Shown: piece after piece, positions 48,899-58,999 of the stretch
Layout of the letters: every line of letters starts with the position of its first letter
Numbering within the stretch: position 1 is the stretch's first letter
NCBI GenBank assembly: GCA_003009755.1
Contig: PXUB01000001.1
Location: 32,001-96,000 of the forward strand
Length of the DNA: 64,000 nucleotides
Reading direction: 5' to 3'
Origin: Thermoplasmatales archaeon SW_10_69_26
Lineage (GTDB): Archaea > Thermoplasmatota > SW-10-69-26
Made by a program: the position numbers and the translations under genes
The notes under the pieces: generated by a model
Databases searched by the model: none
What the model saw: only the letters and a program-made list of their open reading frames with translations
Told to the model about the DNA's origin: nothing

Positions 48899-49603
48899 GT
48901 GAGCGATCGCCTCCTGTTCGCGTTGGCGGTGGGGCTGGGCTCGTTCCTGGGCCCGATCCTGTTCGCCGCGTGGGTCCGCAACCAGGAACGCTACCACCGG
49001 GAACCCTGGACGCGGGTTGGCTTGGCCTTCGCCTGGGGAGCCACCGGGGCCGTCGTGATGGCGATCGTGTTGAGCCTGCTGGTCACCGCCAGCGCCGTGC
49101 CCCAACCGATCGGCGTCTCCTCGGCGCTGTTCGGCGCCGTGATCGTGGCCCCGATCGTCGAGGAGGCGACCAAGGGCCTGGGTCTGCGATGGGTGAAAGA
49201 CGAGCACGTGGAGCTGGAGGACGGGCTCGTGTACGGGGCCGCCGCCGGCCTGGGGTTCTCGGCGACCGAGAACATCGTGTACGGCGTCAGCGCCTACCTG
49301 CAGGGCGGCCTGCCCTCGGTGTTGTGGACGGTCGGGTTGCGCACGTTCACCTCCTCGCTGTTGCACGCCTCCGCCTCGGCCCTGATCGGGTACGCGTTGT
49401 GGCGTCGCCGCGCCGGCGCCGGCGGGGTCGGGCTCGGCGTCGCCGGGTTCTACGGCGCCGCCGTCCTGCTCCATAGCATGTTCAACGTCGCGGCCAGCGC
49501 GCAGCTCGTGATCACGTTCGTGGCCGGGCTGGCGCTCGCGATCGGCGGCTTCTCGTGGGTCCGCCGACGGGTGCGCGAGCTCGACCGCTCGCCGCCCTTC
49601 TGA
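48899..49603 (+). CDS. PrsW-family intramembrane protease
   Basis: APIVEEATK, GLGFSATEN, LLHA, LHSMFN. Confidence 0.88.
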   Translation: MSDRLLFALAVGLGSFLGPILFAAWVRNQERYHREPWTRVGLAFAWGATGAVVMAIVLSLLVTASAVPQPIGVSSALFGAVIVAPIVEEATKGLGLRWVKDEHVELEDGLVYGAAAGLGFSATENIVYGVSAYLQGGLPSVLWTVGLRTFTSSLLHASASALIGYALWRRRAGAGGVGLGVAGFYGAAVLLHSMFNVAASAQLVITFVAGLALAIGGFSWVRRRVRELDRSPPF

Positions 49604-49610
49604 CGTCGGC

Positions 49611-50978
49611 TCACCCTTGGGCTGGGTCGACCTGGCCGTACCAGATCGTGGGCACGTCGGTCGTCGTGTCGGTCCACGTCACGTGGGAGACGCCATCGGC
49701 GTCCACGTCGACCTCGAAGAAGTCCAGCAGCCGACGCTCGTCGCTTCGGCCCTCGAGCACGCAGCCCAGCCCGCCCACGCAGATCGGGCCCTCGTGGTTG
49801 GGCTCGTCGGTGATGCGCGTGACCTCGGCCTGCTCCAGCGTCGAGCCGTTGACCTCGAACTGGAAGCTGGCGTGCATCGGGTACCACTCGCCATCCTGCT
49901 CGCCGGGGGCCGCCTTGCCGCGGGCTTCGTACCAGACGACGGACACGGTCCCGTCCTCGTTGGCGCTCGTCCACGGGAACACCGCCGTGCTGTTCGTCGA
50001 CGACAACGTCACGGGTTCGCTCCAGGTTTCCCCGCCGTCGGTGGTGGTCATCGCCTCGACGCGGGCGGTCCCGTCGAGGGCCTCGCTGTAGACGAACGTC
50101 CACTGGCCCTCGCCGGCGGTGGACAGGCTGGGGAACACGTTGGCCGCGGGCCCGTCGGCGTCGGGCGCGTCGGTCCGCGTCCAATCCATCGCCTCGCCGG
50201 TCGGCGAGGTGAGCACGCTCAGGTTCGCGCCGTCCTCGCCACCGATGCAGGGGATGACCAGCTCGTCGCCGGGATCCAGGGCCGGGTCGGCCTGGCTGCA
50301 GCTCGGGATCGAGACGTCCTGGAGGAACGTCTGGCCGCCGTCGACGCTGCGGGCGACGCGGTAGCCGGTGCTCGTCTGCAGGTACTTGACGTACACCTCG
50401 TCCTCCCCGGCACCGGTGATCCACGGGCGATCGGTGCCGGGAAGGCCGGCCGCGCTCTGGGCGGCCAGCCACGTCTCGCCGCCGTCGTCGCTGGCGGAGA
50501 CGCCGTTGGAGGCCAGCATCGAGAGGTCGACGAAGTAGGCGCGCCCGCCCTCGTCCTGCGAGAGGTCGCCCTCGACGCCGGGCACGGCGTTCCGGTAGGG
50601 CGTGTACTCGTCACTGGGACCGGGCGTGTCGATGTCGACCAGATCCCAGCGTTCCCCGTCGTCGGTGGATCGCCAGATGTAGGATTGACCGAAGTGGCCG
50701 GGCGCGTCGGTGGGATCCTCGATGTAGCGCGAGAACCCGCCGGCGCCGGTGATCAACAGCGTGCCGTCGTCGAGCGCGAGGATCGAGGGCTCACCCGACC
50801 AGCGATCCTCGACCTGGACGACCCGCTCCACGGTCTCGGACACGTTCGGCAGGCCCGCCCGCTCCTCGACGTCCTCGGCGGACTGGGCGTCGAGATCCTC
50901 CCCATCCCCGCCGGTGCCAAGGCACCCGGCGAGCACGGCCAACAGCGCCACTCCCAAGATCGACCAGCGACGGTGCAC
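49611..50978 (-). CDS. Sialidase-like/BNR-repeat lipoprotein
   Basis: LAGC lipobox; Asp-box repeats STDDGERW, SDDGGETW, SVDGGQTF, TTDGGETW. Confidence 0.82.
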   Translation of the reverse strand: MHRRWSILGVALLAVLAGCLGTGGDGEDLDAQSAEDVEERAGLPNVSETVERVVQVEDRWSGEPSILALDDGTLLITGAGGFSRYIEDPTDAPGHFGQSYIWRSTDDGERWDLVDIDTPGPSDEYTPYRNAVPGVEGDLSQDEGGRAYFVDLSMLASNGVSASDDGGETWLAAQSAAGLPGTDRPWITGAGEDEVYVKYLQTSTGYRVARSVDGGQTFLQDVSIPSCSQADPALDPGDELVIPCIGGEDGANLSVLTSPTGEAMDWTRTDAPDADGPAANVFPSLSTAGEGQWTFVYSEALDGTARVEAMTTTDGGETWSEPVTLSSTNSTAVFPWTSANEDGTVSVVWYEARGKAAPGEQDGEWYPMHASFQFEVNGSTLEQAEVTRITDEPNHEGPICVGGLGCVLEGRSDERRLLDFFEVDVDADGVSHVTWTDTTTDVPTIWYGQVDPAQG

Positions 50979-51095
50979 GGGCCCCGAGGCGATCTGGCAC
51001 GGCAAAACCGTTGGGGTGCCACGGGCGAGGGCGGCCCCGCGGGACGAGATGCGAAGGCCCAAGATCCAGGCCGTTACTCGTCGGGCTGGCTCAGG

Positions 51096-52817
51096 ATGTC
51101 GGCGCCAGGAAGCGACGAGGCGGACGTCCACGAACGGCTCGACCGCATGGAGCAGCGCATCGACCGGCTCGAGCGGGCGATCCGGCAGCTCGCCGAGCAC
51201 CAACGCAGCGAGCCCTCCGCCGACGACGAGGAGGACGAGGCTCGCACGTTCTCGCCGACCGAGGACCCCTCCGCCAGCCCGGCCAGCCCCGAACCCAGCC
51301 CCGCCGGCAACCGCTCGGCCGGGCTCGAGCAACGCATCGGCGCCGACCTGCTCGCCAAGGCCGGCGTGCTCGTCCTCGTGCTCGGGTTGGCCTTCTTCGT
51401 CGCCTGGGCGATCGAGTCCGGCCTGATCGGGCTGAAGACGCGCATCGTGCTCGGCGTCCTCGGCGGCCTGGGCGTCGCCGGCGCCGCCTACCCCTTCCAC
51501 GACTCGGCCCGCTACGGCCGGTTGGCCCAGGTGCTCGCCGGCGGCGGCTTCGGGCTGGCCTACTTCAGCCTCTTCGCCGCCCACCACTTCCCCGACTACC
51601 AGGCCGCCATCGGCATCGGCTTCTGGACCGACACCATCCTGTTGACGATCGTCGCCGCCGCGGCCGCCGGCTACGGGCTCAAGATCGCCTCGCCGGCCTT
51701 CCTGCTCGAGGCGCTCGCGCTCGGCGTCACCACCTCGTTCCTCGCGCTCGACCTCACCGCGTTCACGCTCGCCTACGCCACCGCGATCGGGCTCGGCGTC
51801 GCCCTCGCCGCCGCGCGCCTGCGCGCCCCGCGCGTCGCGGCCCTGTCCCTCACCACGATCTACGGGCACGGCCTCGTCACGCACCTCGCCGGCGAATCCC
51901 CCCGCCTCGTGCTCGGCGCGCTCGCCGTCGACGCCGCCCTCGTCGGCCTCTTCGCCCTGCTCGTCCCCGAGGACCTCTCGATCGAGCCGGGCCCCGACCT
52001 CGCCGACCCGGCCGTCCTGTACGCCGCGAACGCCGCCGCCTTGATCGTCGTCGGCACGATCGTCGCCGAGACCGGCGACGTGCTCGCCGACGGCGTCTTC
52101 CCCCTGCTGGCCGGCGTCGCGCTCGGGCTCGCTGGCCTACCGGCTCGGCTGCGATCCCCGCGCCTGACCGCCGTCTCGCTGGTCGCCGGCCTCGCCAGCC
52201 TGCTGACCGGCGCCTGGTTCGCCTTGACGCCCGTCACCGTGCTCTACGCCTGGGCCGGCACCCTGCTGGCGCTGGCGCTGCTCGCCGGCCTCGTCGACCA
52301 CGAGCTGCTCGACCGCGTCGTGCACGCGATGGGCATCCTCGTCGCCCTCGGCACGTGGAACGGCTTCCCAGCGATCGAGGCGGGCGGCGAACGCGTCGCC
52401 GTGCTCGGGCTCCTCACGCTGGCCTTCGCCGTCGCCTTCCTCGCGCTGAAGACCGCTCGCGACACCGAGCCGACCCCGACACCCACGCGGCTGCACCTCG
52501 CCGCCGCCACGGCCGCGCTCGGCGCCCTGCTCCTGGTCGAGCTCGACGCCTGGCGGTCGACCGTCGCACTCGGCGGCGCCGGCATCCTCGCCCTGCTGGC
52601 CGGCTTCCTCGTCGACTGGGCCGAGCCGCGGTGGGCCGGCCTGGGCCTGTTCGGGCTCGGCCTGCTGAAGGCCTTCGCCGTCGACGTCTGGGACCTCGAT
52701 CCCGCCCTCCGCGTCGTCGCGTTCGTCGGGCTCGGCCTCGCCCTCGTGGCCGGCGCCTTCGCCTACGCCCGCTTCCTCGACCCGAGCCCTCCCGACGGGC
52801 CCGAGGGATCGGCTTAG
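51096..52817 (+). CDS. DUF2339-like membrane protein
   Basis: Coiled N-terminus, LEQRIG..LL.KAG, many TMs, KAFAVDVW...RVVAFVGLG. Confidence 0.8.
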   Translation: MSAPGSDEADVHERLDRMEQRIDRLERAIRQLAEHQRSEPSADDEEDEARTFSPTEDPSASPASPEPSPAGNRSAGLEQRIGADLLAKAGVLVLVLGLAFFVAWAIESGLIGLKTRIVLGVLGGLGVAGAAYPFHDSARYGRLAQVLAGGGFGLAYFSLFAAHHFPDYQAAIGIGFWTDTILLTIVAAAAAGYGLKIASPAFLLEALALGVTTSFLALDLTAFTLAYATAIGLGVALAAARLRAPRVAALSLTTIYGHGLVTHLAGESPRLVLGALAVDAALVGLFALLVPEDLSIEPGPDLADPAVLYAANAAALIVVGTIVAETGDVLADGVFPLLAGVALGLAGLPARLRSPRLTAVSLVAGLASLLTGAWFALTPVTVLYAWAGTLLALALLAGLVDHELLDRVVHAMGILVALGTWNGFPAIEAGGERVAVLGLLTLAFAVAFLALKTARDTEPTPTPTRLHLAAATAALGALLLVELDAWRSTVALGGAGILALLAGFLVDWAEPRWAGLGLFGLGLLKAFAVDVWDLDPALRVVAFVGLGLALVAGAFAYARFLDPSPPDGPEGSA

Positions 52818-53044
52818 GTCCCTCCTCGGGCTGTCTCGTTAAGCAGGGGCCGCGAAGGGCACGAAGGATCGCCAAGGCCACGAAGGGCCTGTGGCTCGCC
52901 GGCCGGGCGGCGTTGTCACGGCAGCTGCTCCCCGTTGTGCCCTGGCGTCCCCTCGCGTCCTTGGTGGTCCCCCCGTTTCTTATCCTTACAGCGCGGCCCC
53001 TCCTCCAGGGTAACCCTTTCAAATAGGGGCGCGTTCCCGCAACC

Positions 53045-54298
53045 ATGCCCGAGGAGCCCTCCTTCGACCGCGTCGAGGTGCCTGCCGGTTCGCGGATCAC
53101 TTACGAGGACGGCGAGCTCGACGTCCCCGAGGACCCGATCATCCCCGTCATCTACGGCGACGGGATCGGCAAAGACGTCGCGCCCGCCATGCGCAAGGTG
53201 CTGGACGAAGCCGCGCAGGCCACCGGCCGCGAGATCAACTGGATGCGGCTGTACGCCGGCGAGAGCGCCCGCGAGGCCTACGACGAGAACCTGCCCCAGG
53301 AGACCGTCGACGCGATCCGACACTTCCGCGTCGCGATCAAGGGCCCGCTCACGACGCCCGTCGGCGCCGGGTTCCGCTCCTTGAACGTCGCGCTGCGCAA
53401 GAAGCTCGACCTGTACGCGAACGTGCGCCCGACCTACCACCTCGAGGGCATCCCCTCGCCGATGAAGAACCCCGAGCAGATGGACATGATCACGTTCCGG
53501 GAGAACACCGAGGACGTGTACGCCGGCATCGAGTGGGAAGCCGGCAGCGACGAGGTCGACGAGGTGAAGCGGTTCCTCGTCGAGGAGATGGACGTCGGGG
53601 ACTCCATCCACGATGGGCCCGTCGGCATCGGCGTCAAGCCGATCACCGAGTTCGGCACCAAGCGGCTGGTCCGCCAGGCGATCGACTACGCCCTCGAGAA
53701 CGACCGCGACACGGTCACGCTCGTCCACAAGGGCAACATCATGAAGTTCACCGAGGGCGCCTTCCGCGACTGGGGCTACGAGGTCGCCAACGAGGAGTAC
53801 GGCGACGAGGTCATCACCGAGGACACGCTGTGGGAGGAGCGCGACGGCGAGCTGCCGGAGGACGCCGTCGTCGTCAACGACCGCATCGCCGACAACATGC
53901 TCCAGCAGTTGCTCACCCGCACCGACCAGTACGACGTGCTGGCGATGCCCAACCTCAACGGCGATTACCTGTCCGACTCCGCCGGCGGCCAGATCGGCGG
54001 CCTCGGCATCGCGCCCGGCGCCAACCTCGGCGACGGCCGCGTGCTCGCCGAGCCCGTCCACGGCTCCGCGCCCAAGTACGAGGGCCAGGACAAGGTCAAC
54101 CCGAGCGCGTTGATGCTCTCCGGCGTCCTCATGCTCGAGCAGATCGGTTGGGACGACGCCGCCAAGCTGGTGCGCGACGCCGTCGAGGCCCAGATCAGCT
54201 CGGGCCGGGTCACCTACGACATCCACCGCAACATCGAGGGCGGCACCAAGCTCGCCACGAGCGAGTTCGCCGACGAGGTCGCCAAGCGGATCTCGTAG
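53045..54298 (+). CDS. icd: Isocitrate dehydrogenase (NADP+)
   Basis: GDGIG, KGPLTTPVGAGFRSLNV, FRENTED, HKGNIMKFTEG, NLNGDYLSD, HGSAPKY. Confidence 0.97.
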   Translation: MPEEPSFDRVEVPAGSRITYEDGELDVPEDPIIPVIYGDGIGKDVAPAMRKVLDEAAQATGREINWMRLYAGESAREAYDENLPQETVDAIRHFRVAIKGPLTTPVGAGFRSLNVALRKKLDLYANVRPTYHLEGIPSPMKNPEQMDMITFRENTEDVYAGIEWEAGSDEVDEVKRFLVEEMDVGDSIHDGPVGIGVKPITEFGTKRLVRQAIDYALENDRDTVTLVHKGNIMKFTEGAFRDWGYEVANEEYGDEVITEDTLWEERDGELPEDAVVVNDRIADNMLQQLLTRTDQYDVLAMPNLNGDYLSDSAGGQIGGLGIAPGANLGDGRVLAEPVHGSAPKYEGQDKVNPSALMLSGVLMLEQIGWDDAAKLVRDAVEAQISSGRVTYDIHRNIEGGTKLATSEFADEVAKRIS

Positions 54299-54438
54299 AG
54301 CACGCATCGACGGGCCTGGGGGATCGGCTATCCGCGGGCCGTCCAGGCTGGCCCGAAAAGAGGCCCCCTGGGCCCCGCTCGTCGACCGCGTCTGCTGTCG
54401 GGGAAGGCGTTTAGGACCACCGTCGGCCTGCGAGGCTC

Positions 54439-55074
54439 ATGCCCACGTTCCACGGCGACGGGCCCCTCTCCGTCGTCGGCATCCCCGGCAGCCTGCGCGA
54501 CCCCAGCTACACCCGCTTCACCGTTCGCTTGGCCCTCGCCGGCGCCGAGGAGGCCGGCGCCCGGACCCACCTGGCCGACCTGCGCGAGTACGAGCTCCCC
54601 TACTGCGACGGCTCCCAAGAGCAGGGCGAGGTCGGTGACGTCGCCAAGTTGCGTGAGGAGGTGCGCGAGGCCGAGGGCATCGTGCTCGGCACGCCCGAAT
54701 ACCATGGCGGCTACTCCGGCGTGCTGAAGAACGCGCTCGACCTGATGGGCTTCGACGAGTTCGAGGGCAAGATGATCGGCCTCGTCGGCGTCAGCGGCGG
54801 CCGGATGGGCGGCTTCGGCGCCATGAACGCGCTGCGCGAGGTCGGCCGCGCCCTGCACGCCTGGGTCGTCCCCACGCAGACCTCGATCCCGAAGGCGTGG
54901 AGCGTCTACGACGACGAGACCGGCGAGATCGACGACGAGGAACTCGGCCAGCGCGTGCGCGAGGTCGGCGAGGAGGTCGTCCGCTACGCGAACCTCCACG
55001 AGGCCGAGGACAAGCTCGACTTCCTGCGCACGTGGGAGTGCGCCACCGAGAACCCCGGCGCCGAGGCGCGCTGA
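54439..55074 (+). CDS. NADPH-dependent FMN reductase
   Basis: GSLR..SYT, TPEYHGGYSGVLKNALD. Confidence 0.9.
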   Translation: MPTFHGDGPLSVVGIPGSLRDPSYTRFTVRLALAGAEEAGARTHLADLREYELPYCDGSQEQGEVGDVAKLREEVREAEGIVLGTPEYHGGYSGVLKNALDLMGFDEFEGKMIGLVGVSGGRMGGFGAMNALREVGRALHAWVVPTQTSIPKAWSVYDDETGEIDDEELGQRVREVGEEVVRYANLHEAEDKLDFLRTWECATENPGAEAR

Positions 55075-55287
55075 GCGCTCGCCCGGCCGACGAGCGAGGT
55101 CCCCGGGCGGGCTCGCGCCGGACCGAAGGCGCTTTGGGCCCCCCACCCACGGTGAGGGTCGAGTGGACCTCCCCGACCTCGTCTCCGACCTCAGCAGCGA
55201 CGAGGAGGCGGGCAGGGCTGCCGCCTGGAAGGAGGAACGATTCGACGAGATCGTCGCGGAGAACCTCGAGATCGCGGCAGCGGTCCC

Positions 55288-55524
55288 TGATCCGTCCCCC
55301 TCTCCCGCGGATCACGCACGGCTCGTGCCGCATCAGACCCAGCCGTCCTAATCCGGGAGAGGGGACAGCTGACGCTATTCCCCTGTCAGGATCTTGGATC
55401 AGTCCCCTCTCCCAGGGATCACGGACGACCGTGCTGCGGTGTCTGCGGTCGTCCTAATCCGGGAGAGGGGACAGCTGACGCTACTCCCCTGTCAGGATCT
55501 TGGATCAGTCCCCTCTCCCGGATT
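55288..55524. repeat. tRNA-Tyr-linked tandem repeats (106-bp period) containing direct and inverted copies of the tRNA 3' end
   Basis: 55344-55413 matches 55450-55519 with 1 mismatch; partial third unit near 55288. Confidence 0.88.
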
Positions 55525-55623
55525 CGAACCGGGGACATCCTGCTCTCTGCAGCGCCTGTCGGGTGCTCACCCGAGAGTGTTCTTCTACAGGCAGGCGCTC
55601 CGGCCAGTCTGAGCTAAGAGGGG
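55509..55623 (-). tRNA. tRNA-Tyr(GTA) with 40-nt intron at 37/38 (55545-55584); CCA not encoded
   Basis: CCCCTCT/AGAGGGG-A acceptor, GCTC/GAGC D arm, CCTGC-CTGTAG|A-GCAGG anticodon arm, TTCGAAT T loop. Confidence 0.95.
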
Positions 55624-55785
55624 AGCGCCAGGCGATTCCAGAACCTGTACTTCAGCGTTCCGGCCCCGGCCGGGAGCGGACGTCGCGAACACCTGCCCCG
55701 AGCCCGGCAACTACAAGGTAGGCGAGGTTTTCATCGCCGCCGCGGTCGGCGCAGCGTTCCGCGGACCGCGTGCGGAGGACGACGC

Positions 55786-56163
55786 TTGCCCGACGACACC
55801 GTCACCGAGCCCGAGGAGCCCATCGTCGACGAGGACAAGGTCCAGGACCTGCGTTCCCTGCTCGGCGACGGCCCCGAAGGTGTCGACGGTCTGATCGACA
55901 CGTTCGTCGACCGCATCCCCGAGGTCATCGAGGACCTCGAACAGGCCGCCAGCAACGGCGACCTCGAGGAGGTCGGCAACCTCGCCCACAAGGTGAAGGG
56001 CGAATCCGCCACGCTGGGCGCCAAGCGGCTCTCGGAGCTGGCCAAGCGCATCGAGGGGCAGGCCCGCAACGACGAGCTGGCGGACCCCGAAGCGGCGGTC
56101 CAACTGCTGATCGACGCCTACGCGGAGACCGAGGACGCCTACGCGGCGCGGCGCAAGGATTAG
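55786..56163 (+). CDS. Hpt domain protein
   Basis: LAHKVKGESATLGA..LSELA..IE. Confidence 0.88.
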   Translation: MPDDTVTEPEEPIVDEDKVQDLRSLLGDGPEGVDGLIDTFVDRIPEVIEDLEQAASNGDLEEVGNLAHKVKGESATLGAKRLSELAKRIEGQARNDELADPEAAVQLLIDAYAETEDAYAARRKD

Positions 56164-56562
56164 CTACTTGATCCGGCCCGAGCTGCCCTCCTCTCGCCGG
56201 AGCAAGCGGATCAGCTCCTCGACGTCCGAGGAGTGGATCGGCTTCTGCAGGAAGTCGAAAGCCCCCTTCATGATCATCTCGCGCACACGGGGATCGTCCT
56301 CCATCAGGCCCGTGATGACGACGACGCGCGTGTCGGGGTCCTCGTTGAACATGACCTGAGCCGTCTGATCGCCGTCCACGTCGGGCAGCATGATATCCAG
56401 CAGGACGATGTCGGGTTTCTCCGCTCGGAAGACCTCGAGCGCCTCCTCCGAGCTCTCCGCCGTCAGGATCCGCTCATCCCGGTCCGTGAACCGCCGAAGC
56501 ATCTTCTCCAACGTCTGGCGGATGACGGACGAGTTGTCGACGATCAGGTACGTGCGGCTCAT
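56164..56562 (-). CDS. Single-domain response regulator (CheY-like)
   Basis: LIVDNS, PDIVLLDIMLP..DG, VITG, GAFDFLQKP. Confidence 0.9.
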   Translation of the reverse strand: MSRTYLIVDNSSVIRQTLEKMLRRFTDRDERILTAESSEEALEVFRAEKPDIVLLDIMLPDVDGDQTAQVMFNEDPDTRVVVITGLMEDDPRVREMIMKGAFDFLQKPIHSSDVEELIRLLRREEGSSGRIK

Positions 56563-56652
56563 CGTTGGCGCTCGCGAGCGGTCCCCCCAGACCCATCTCG
56601 GTCCTCAACGTATAAGTTCCTGGCGTTTCCCCCTGCCGCGAAGGTCAGCCTC

Positions 56653-58110
56653 TCAGAACAGCGTCTCCTGCTTGCGGTGCTCCTCGCCGGGGATATCGAC
56701 CGGATACCGACCGGTGAGGCATCCGGTGCAAAGGCTGCCCTCGGGCTTCCCGATCGCTCGCTTGAGACCCGGGATCGAGACGTAGGCGAGGGAGTCGGCA
56801 CCGATCGTGTCGCGGATCTCCTCGACGGACTTGTCGGCCGCGATGAGCTCCTCGCGCGTCTTCATGTCGATGCCGAGGTAACAGGGCGCCTGGATCGGCG
56901 GGCACCCGATACGGACGTGGACCTCCTCGGCGCCGGCCTCGCGCAGCATGTCGGTGAGCTGGCCCATCGTCGTGCCGCGCACGATCGAGTCGTCGACGAG
57001 CACGACCCGGTTGCCCTCGACGACGCTCTGGACCGGGTTGAGCTTGATGTTGACGCCGCTGGCGCGCTCCTCCTGGCTGGGCATGATGAACGTGCGGTGC
57101 ACGTAGCGGTTCTTCATCAGGCCCTCCGCCATCGGGAGATCGAGCTGCCGGGCGAACCCGAGCGCGTGCGATCGACCGCTGTCCGGCACGGGCACGACGA
57201 TGTCGGCGTCCACCGGGCTCTCGTTGGCCAGCTGCTCGCCGATGCCGACGCGCACGTCGTAGACCTCGCGGTCGTCGATGCGGCTGTCGGCGCGCGAGAA
57301 GTACACGTACTCGAACTGGCAGTGCGCCAGGTCGGCGCTTTGCGCGTTCGTCATGTGGCCCTCGTAGCCGCCGGGCGTGATCTCGACGATCTCCCCCGGC
57401 TTCACGTCGCGGATCGGCTCGCCGCCCAGGGCCTCGATGGCGACGGTCTCGCTGGCGACGGCGTAGCCGCCGACCTCGCTCTCGGAGCCGTTCTGACCGC
57501 CGTAGGCGGCCGGCAGCTTGCCAAGCGCCAACGGCTTGATGCCGCGCGGGTCACGGACCGCGAGGATCCGTTCGCCGACGACGAGCACGAGGCTGTAGGC
57601 GCCCACGATCTGCCGCATGACGCGACGCATCGCGCGCACCGGGGACTTCGCGTCGGAGAGCTCGTTGGCGAACAGGCGGACGATGACCTCGCTGTCGTTG
57701 TCCGTGATGAACGCCCAGCCGCTCTCCTGGAGATCCTCGCGGATCCCGTCGGCGTTCACGATCTCGCCGTTGTGGCCGAGCGCGATCGAGCCCTCGGCGC
57801 TGGAGACGCACACCGGGTGCGCGTTCTCGAGCCGCGAGGTGCCGGCCGTCGAGTAGCGGGTGTGGCCGAGCCCGACGCGGCCCGTCAGCTGCTCGAGCTC
57901 CTTGGCCTGGAAGATGTTCTCGACGAGGCCCATGCCTTTGATCGTCTGCAGACCGTCGTCGAAGGTCGCGATCCCGGCCGACTCCTGTCCACGGTGCTGG
58001 ATCGCGCGCATCGCCTGGTAGAGGGCGGGCGCAACGTCCCGCTCCGCGGCGATGCCAGCGACCCCGCACTTGTCCTGCGCGAGCCCGGAGCGGTCCGGGA
58101 GACCATCCAT
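56653..58110 (-). CDS. purF: Amidophosphoribosyltransferase
   Basis: KCGV, QHRGQESAG, GHTRYSTAG, HNG, CQFEYVYF, PVPDSG, VDDSIVRGTT, CTGCLTG.YP. Confidence 0.96.
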   Translation of the reverse strand: MDGLPDRSGLAQDKCGVAGIAAERDVAPALYQAMRAIQHRGQESAGIATFDDGLQTIKGMGLVENIFQAKELEQLTGRVGLGHTRYSTAGTSRLENAHPVCVSSAEGSIALGHNGEIVNADGIREDLQESGWAFITDNDSEVIVRLFANELSDAKSPVRAMRRVMRQIVGAYSLVLVVGERILAVRDPRGIKPLALGKLPAAYGGQNGSESEVGGYAVASETVAIEALGGEPIRDVKPGEIVEITPGGYEGHMTNAQSADLAHCQFEYVYFSRADSRIDDREVYDVRVGIGEQLANESPVDADIVVPVPDSGRSHALGFARQLDLPMAEGLMKNRYVHRTFIMPSQEERASGVNIKLNPVQSVVEGNRVVLVDDSIVRGTTMGQLTDMLREAGAEEVHVRIGCPPIQAPCYLGIDMKTREELIAADKSVEEIRDTIGADSLAYVSIPGLKRAIGKPEGSLCTGCLTGRYPVDIPGEEHRKQETLF

Positions 58111-58231
58111 GACGGGCGAGTCATGGGTCGCTGCGGTACTTCAACGTTTGCTTCCGCACCGTCGAGCACCGGACAGGGGATCTCCAGCCGGCGCCCTGGG
58201 ACCGGTCGGCGAACCCCCTCGCGATCGAGCC

Positions 58232-58621
58232 TCACACGGTGGATTGGTCGAGGACCCGGCGGGCCTCGGCGTTGTCGTCGGTGATCAACACGAAGTTGCC
58301 TTGCTTCCCGTACGTCGTGCCGAAGCAGCTCTCGATGTTGATGCCCGCCTTCGCCAAGCGTCGACAGACGTCGGCGAAAGCGTGTCGGTCGTTCGACAGC
58401 GTCATCACGTGCACGTCCTCGCGCGTGCCCGCGAAGCCGGCCTCCTCGAGCACCTCGAGGCATCGGTCGCCGTCGCTGACGAGGAACTGCGCCTCGCCCT
58501 CGCGGCCTTTGGGGACCACGTTGACGCCCTCCACCTGCACCCCGCGCTCGGCCAAGATGCCCGTCAGCTTGGCCATCGCCCCCGGCTCGTCGGGGATCAC
58601 GGATCGGATCACGTCCGCCAT
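58232..58621 (-). CDS. Tandem ACT-domain protein
   Basis: PDEPGAMAKLTGILAERGVQV and LAKAGINIE. Confidence 0.8.
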   Translation of the reverse strand: MADVIRSVIPDEPGAMAKLTGILAERGVQVEGVNVVPKGREGEAQFLVSDGDRCLEVLEEAGFAGTREDVHVMTLSNDRHAFADVCRRLAKAGINIESCFGTTYGKQGNFVLITDDNAEARRVLDQSTV

Positions 58622-58697
58622 CGGGTTGCTCAGATGTTCGGCCGACCGCATAAGGACTAGGGAAGGGCCGGGGATCGCTGCCGCCTGACCGACCCCC

Positions 58698-58999
58698 CGG
58701 TCGGCCGTCCGATCGAAGACGTCGTCGTGCTACATCGACTCCAACGCTCGGTCGAGGTCCGTCGTGAGATCGACTGGAACCCCCACCCCGAGCATCGGCT
58801 CCCCACGGTGGGCCCCGCAGCAACGATGCTCGGGATCCGGCCGAAGCAGAGCTTAGGCCTCCCGCTGGCGTCGGCCCTGCGGGCAGCGACGCCAGCGACA
58901 CGGACGGCCTCGACGGTGGGCACGGTCGGCCGTCCTATCGAAGACGTCGTCGTGCTACATCGACTCCAACGCTTGGTCGAGGTCCGTCTCGAGATCGAC
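58698..58999. repeat. 77-bp direct repeat duplicating the 3' end of the trans-sulfuration gene, flanking a hairpin-rich 148-bp spacer
   Basis: 58698-58774 versus 58923-58999, about 5 mismatches. Confidence 0.88.

Noticed and set aside
55163-55351. 62-aa acidic ORF ending inside the tRNA-linked repeat
   Set aside because: No motif; its 3' part is repeat-derived; may be a gene relic but cannot be supported
55288-55524. CRISPR array
   Set aside because: Units are 70 bp and tRNA-derived, spacers resemble each other, only about 2.3 units, and no cas genes
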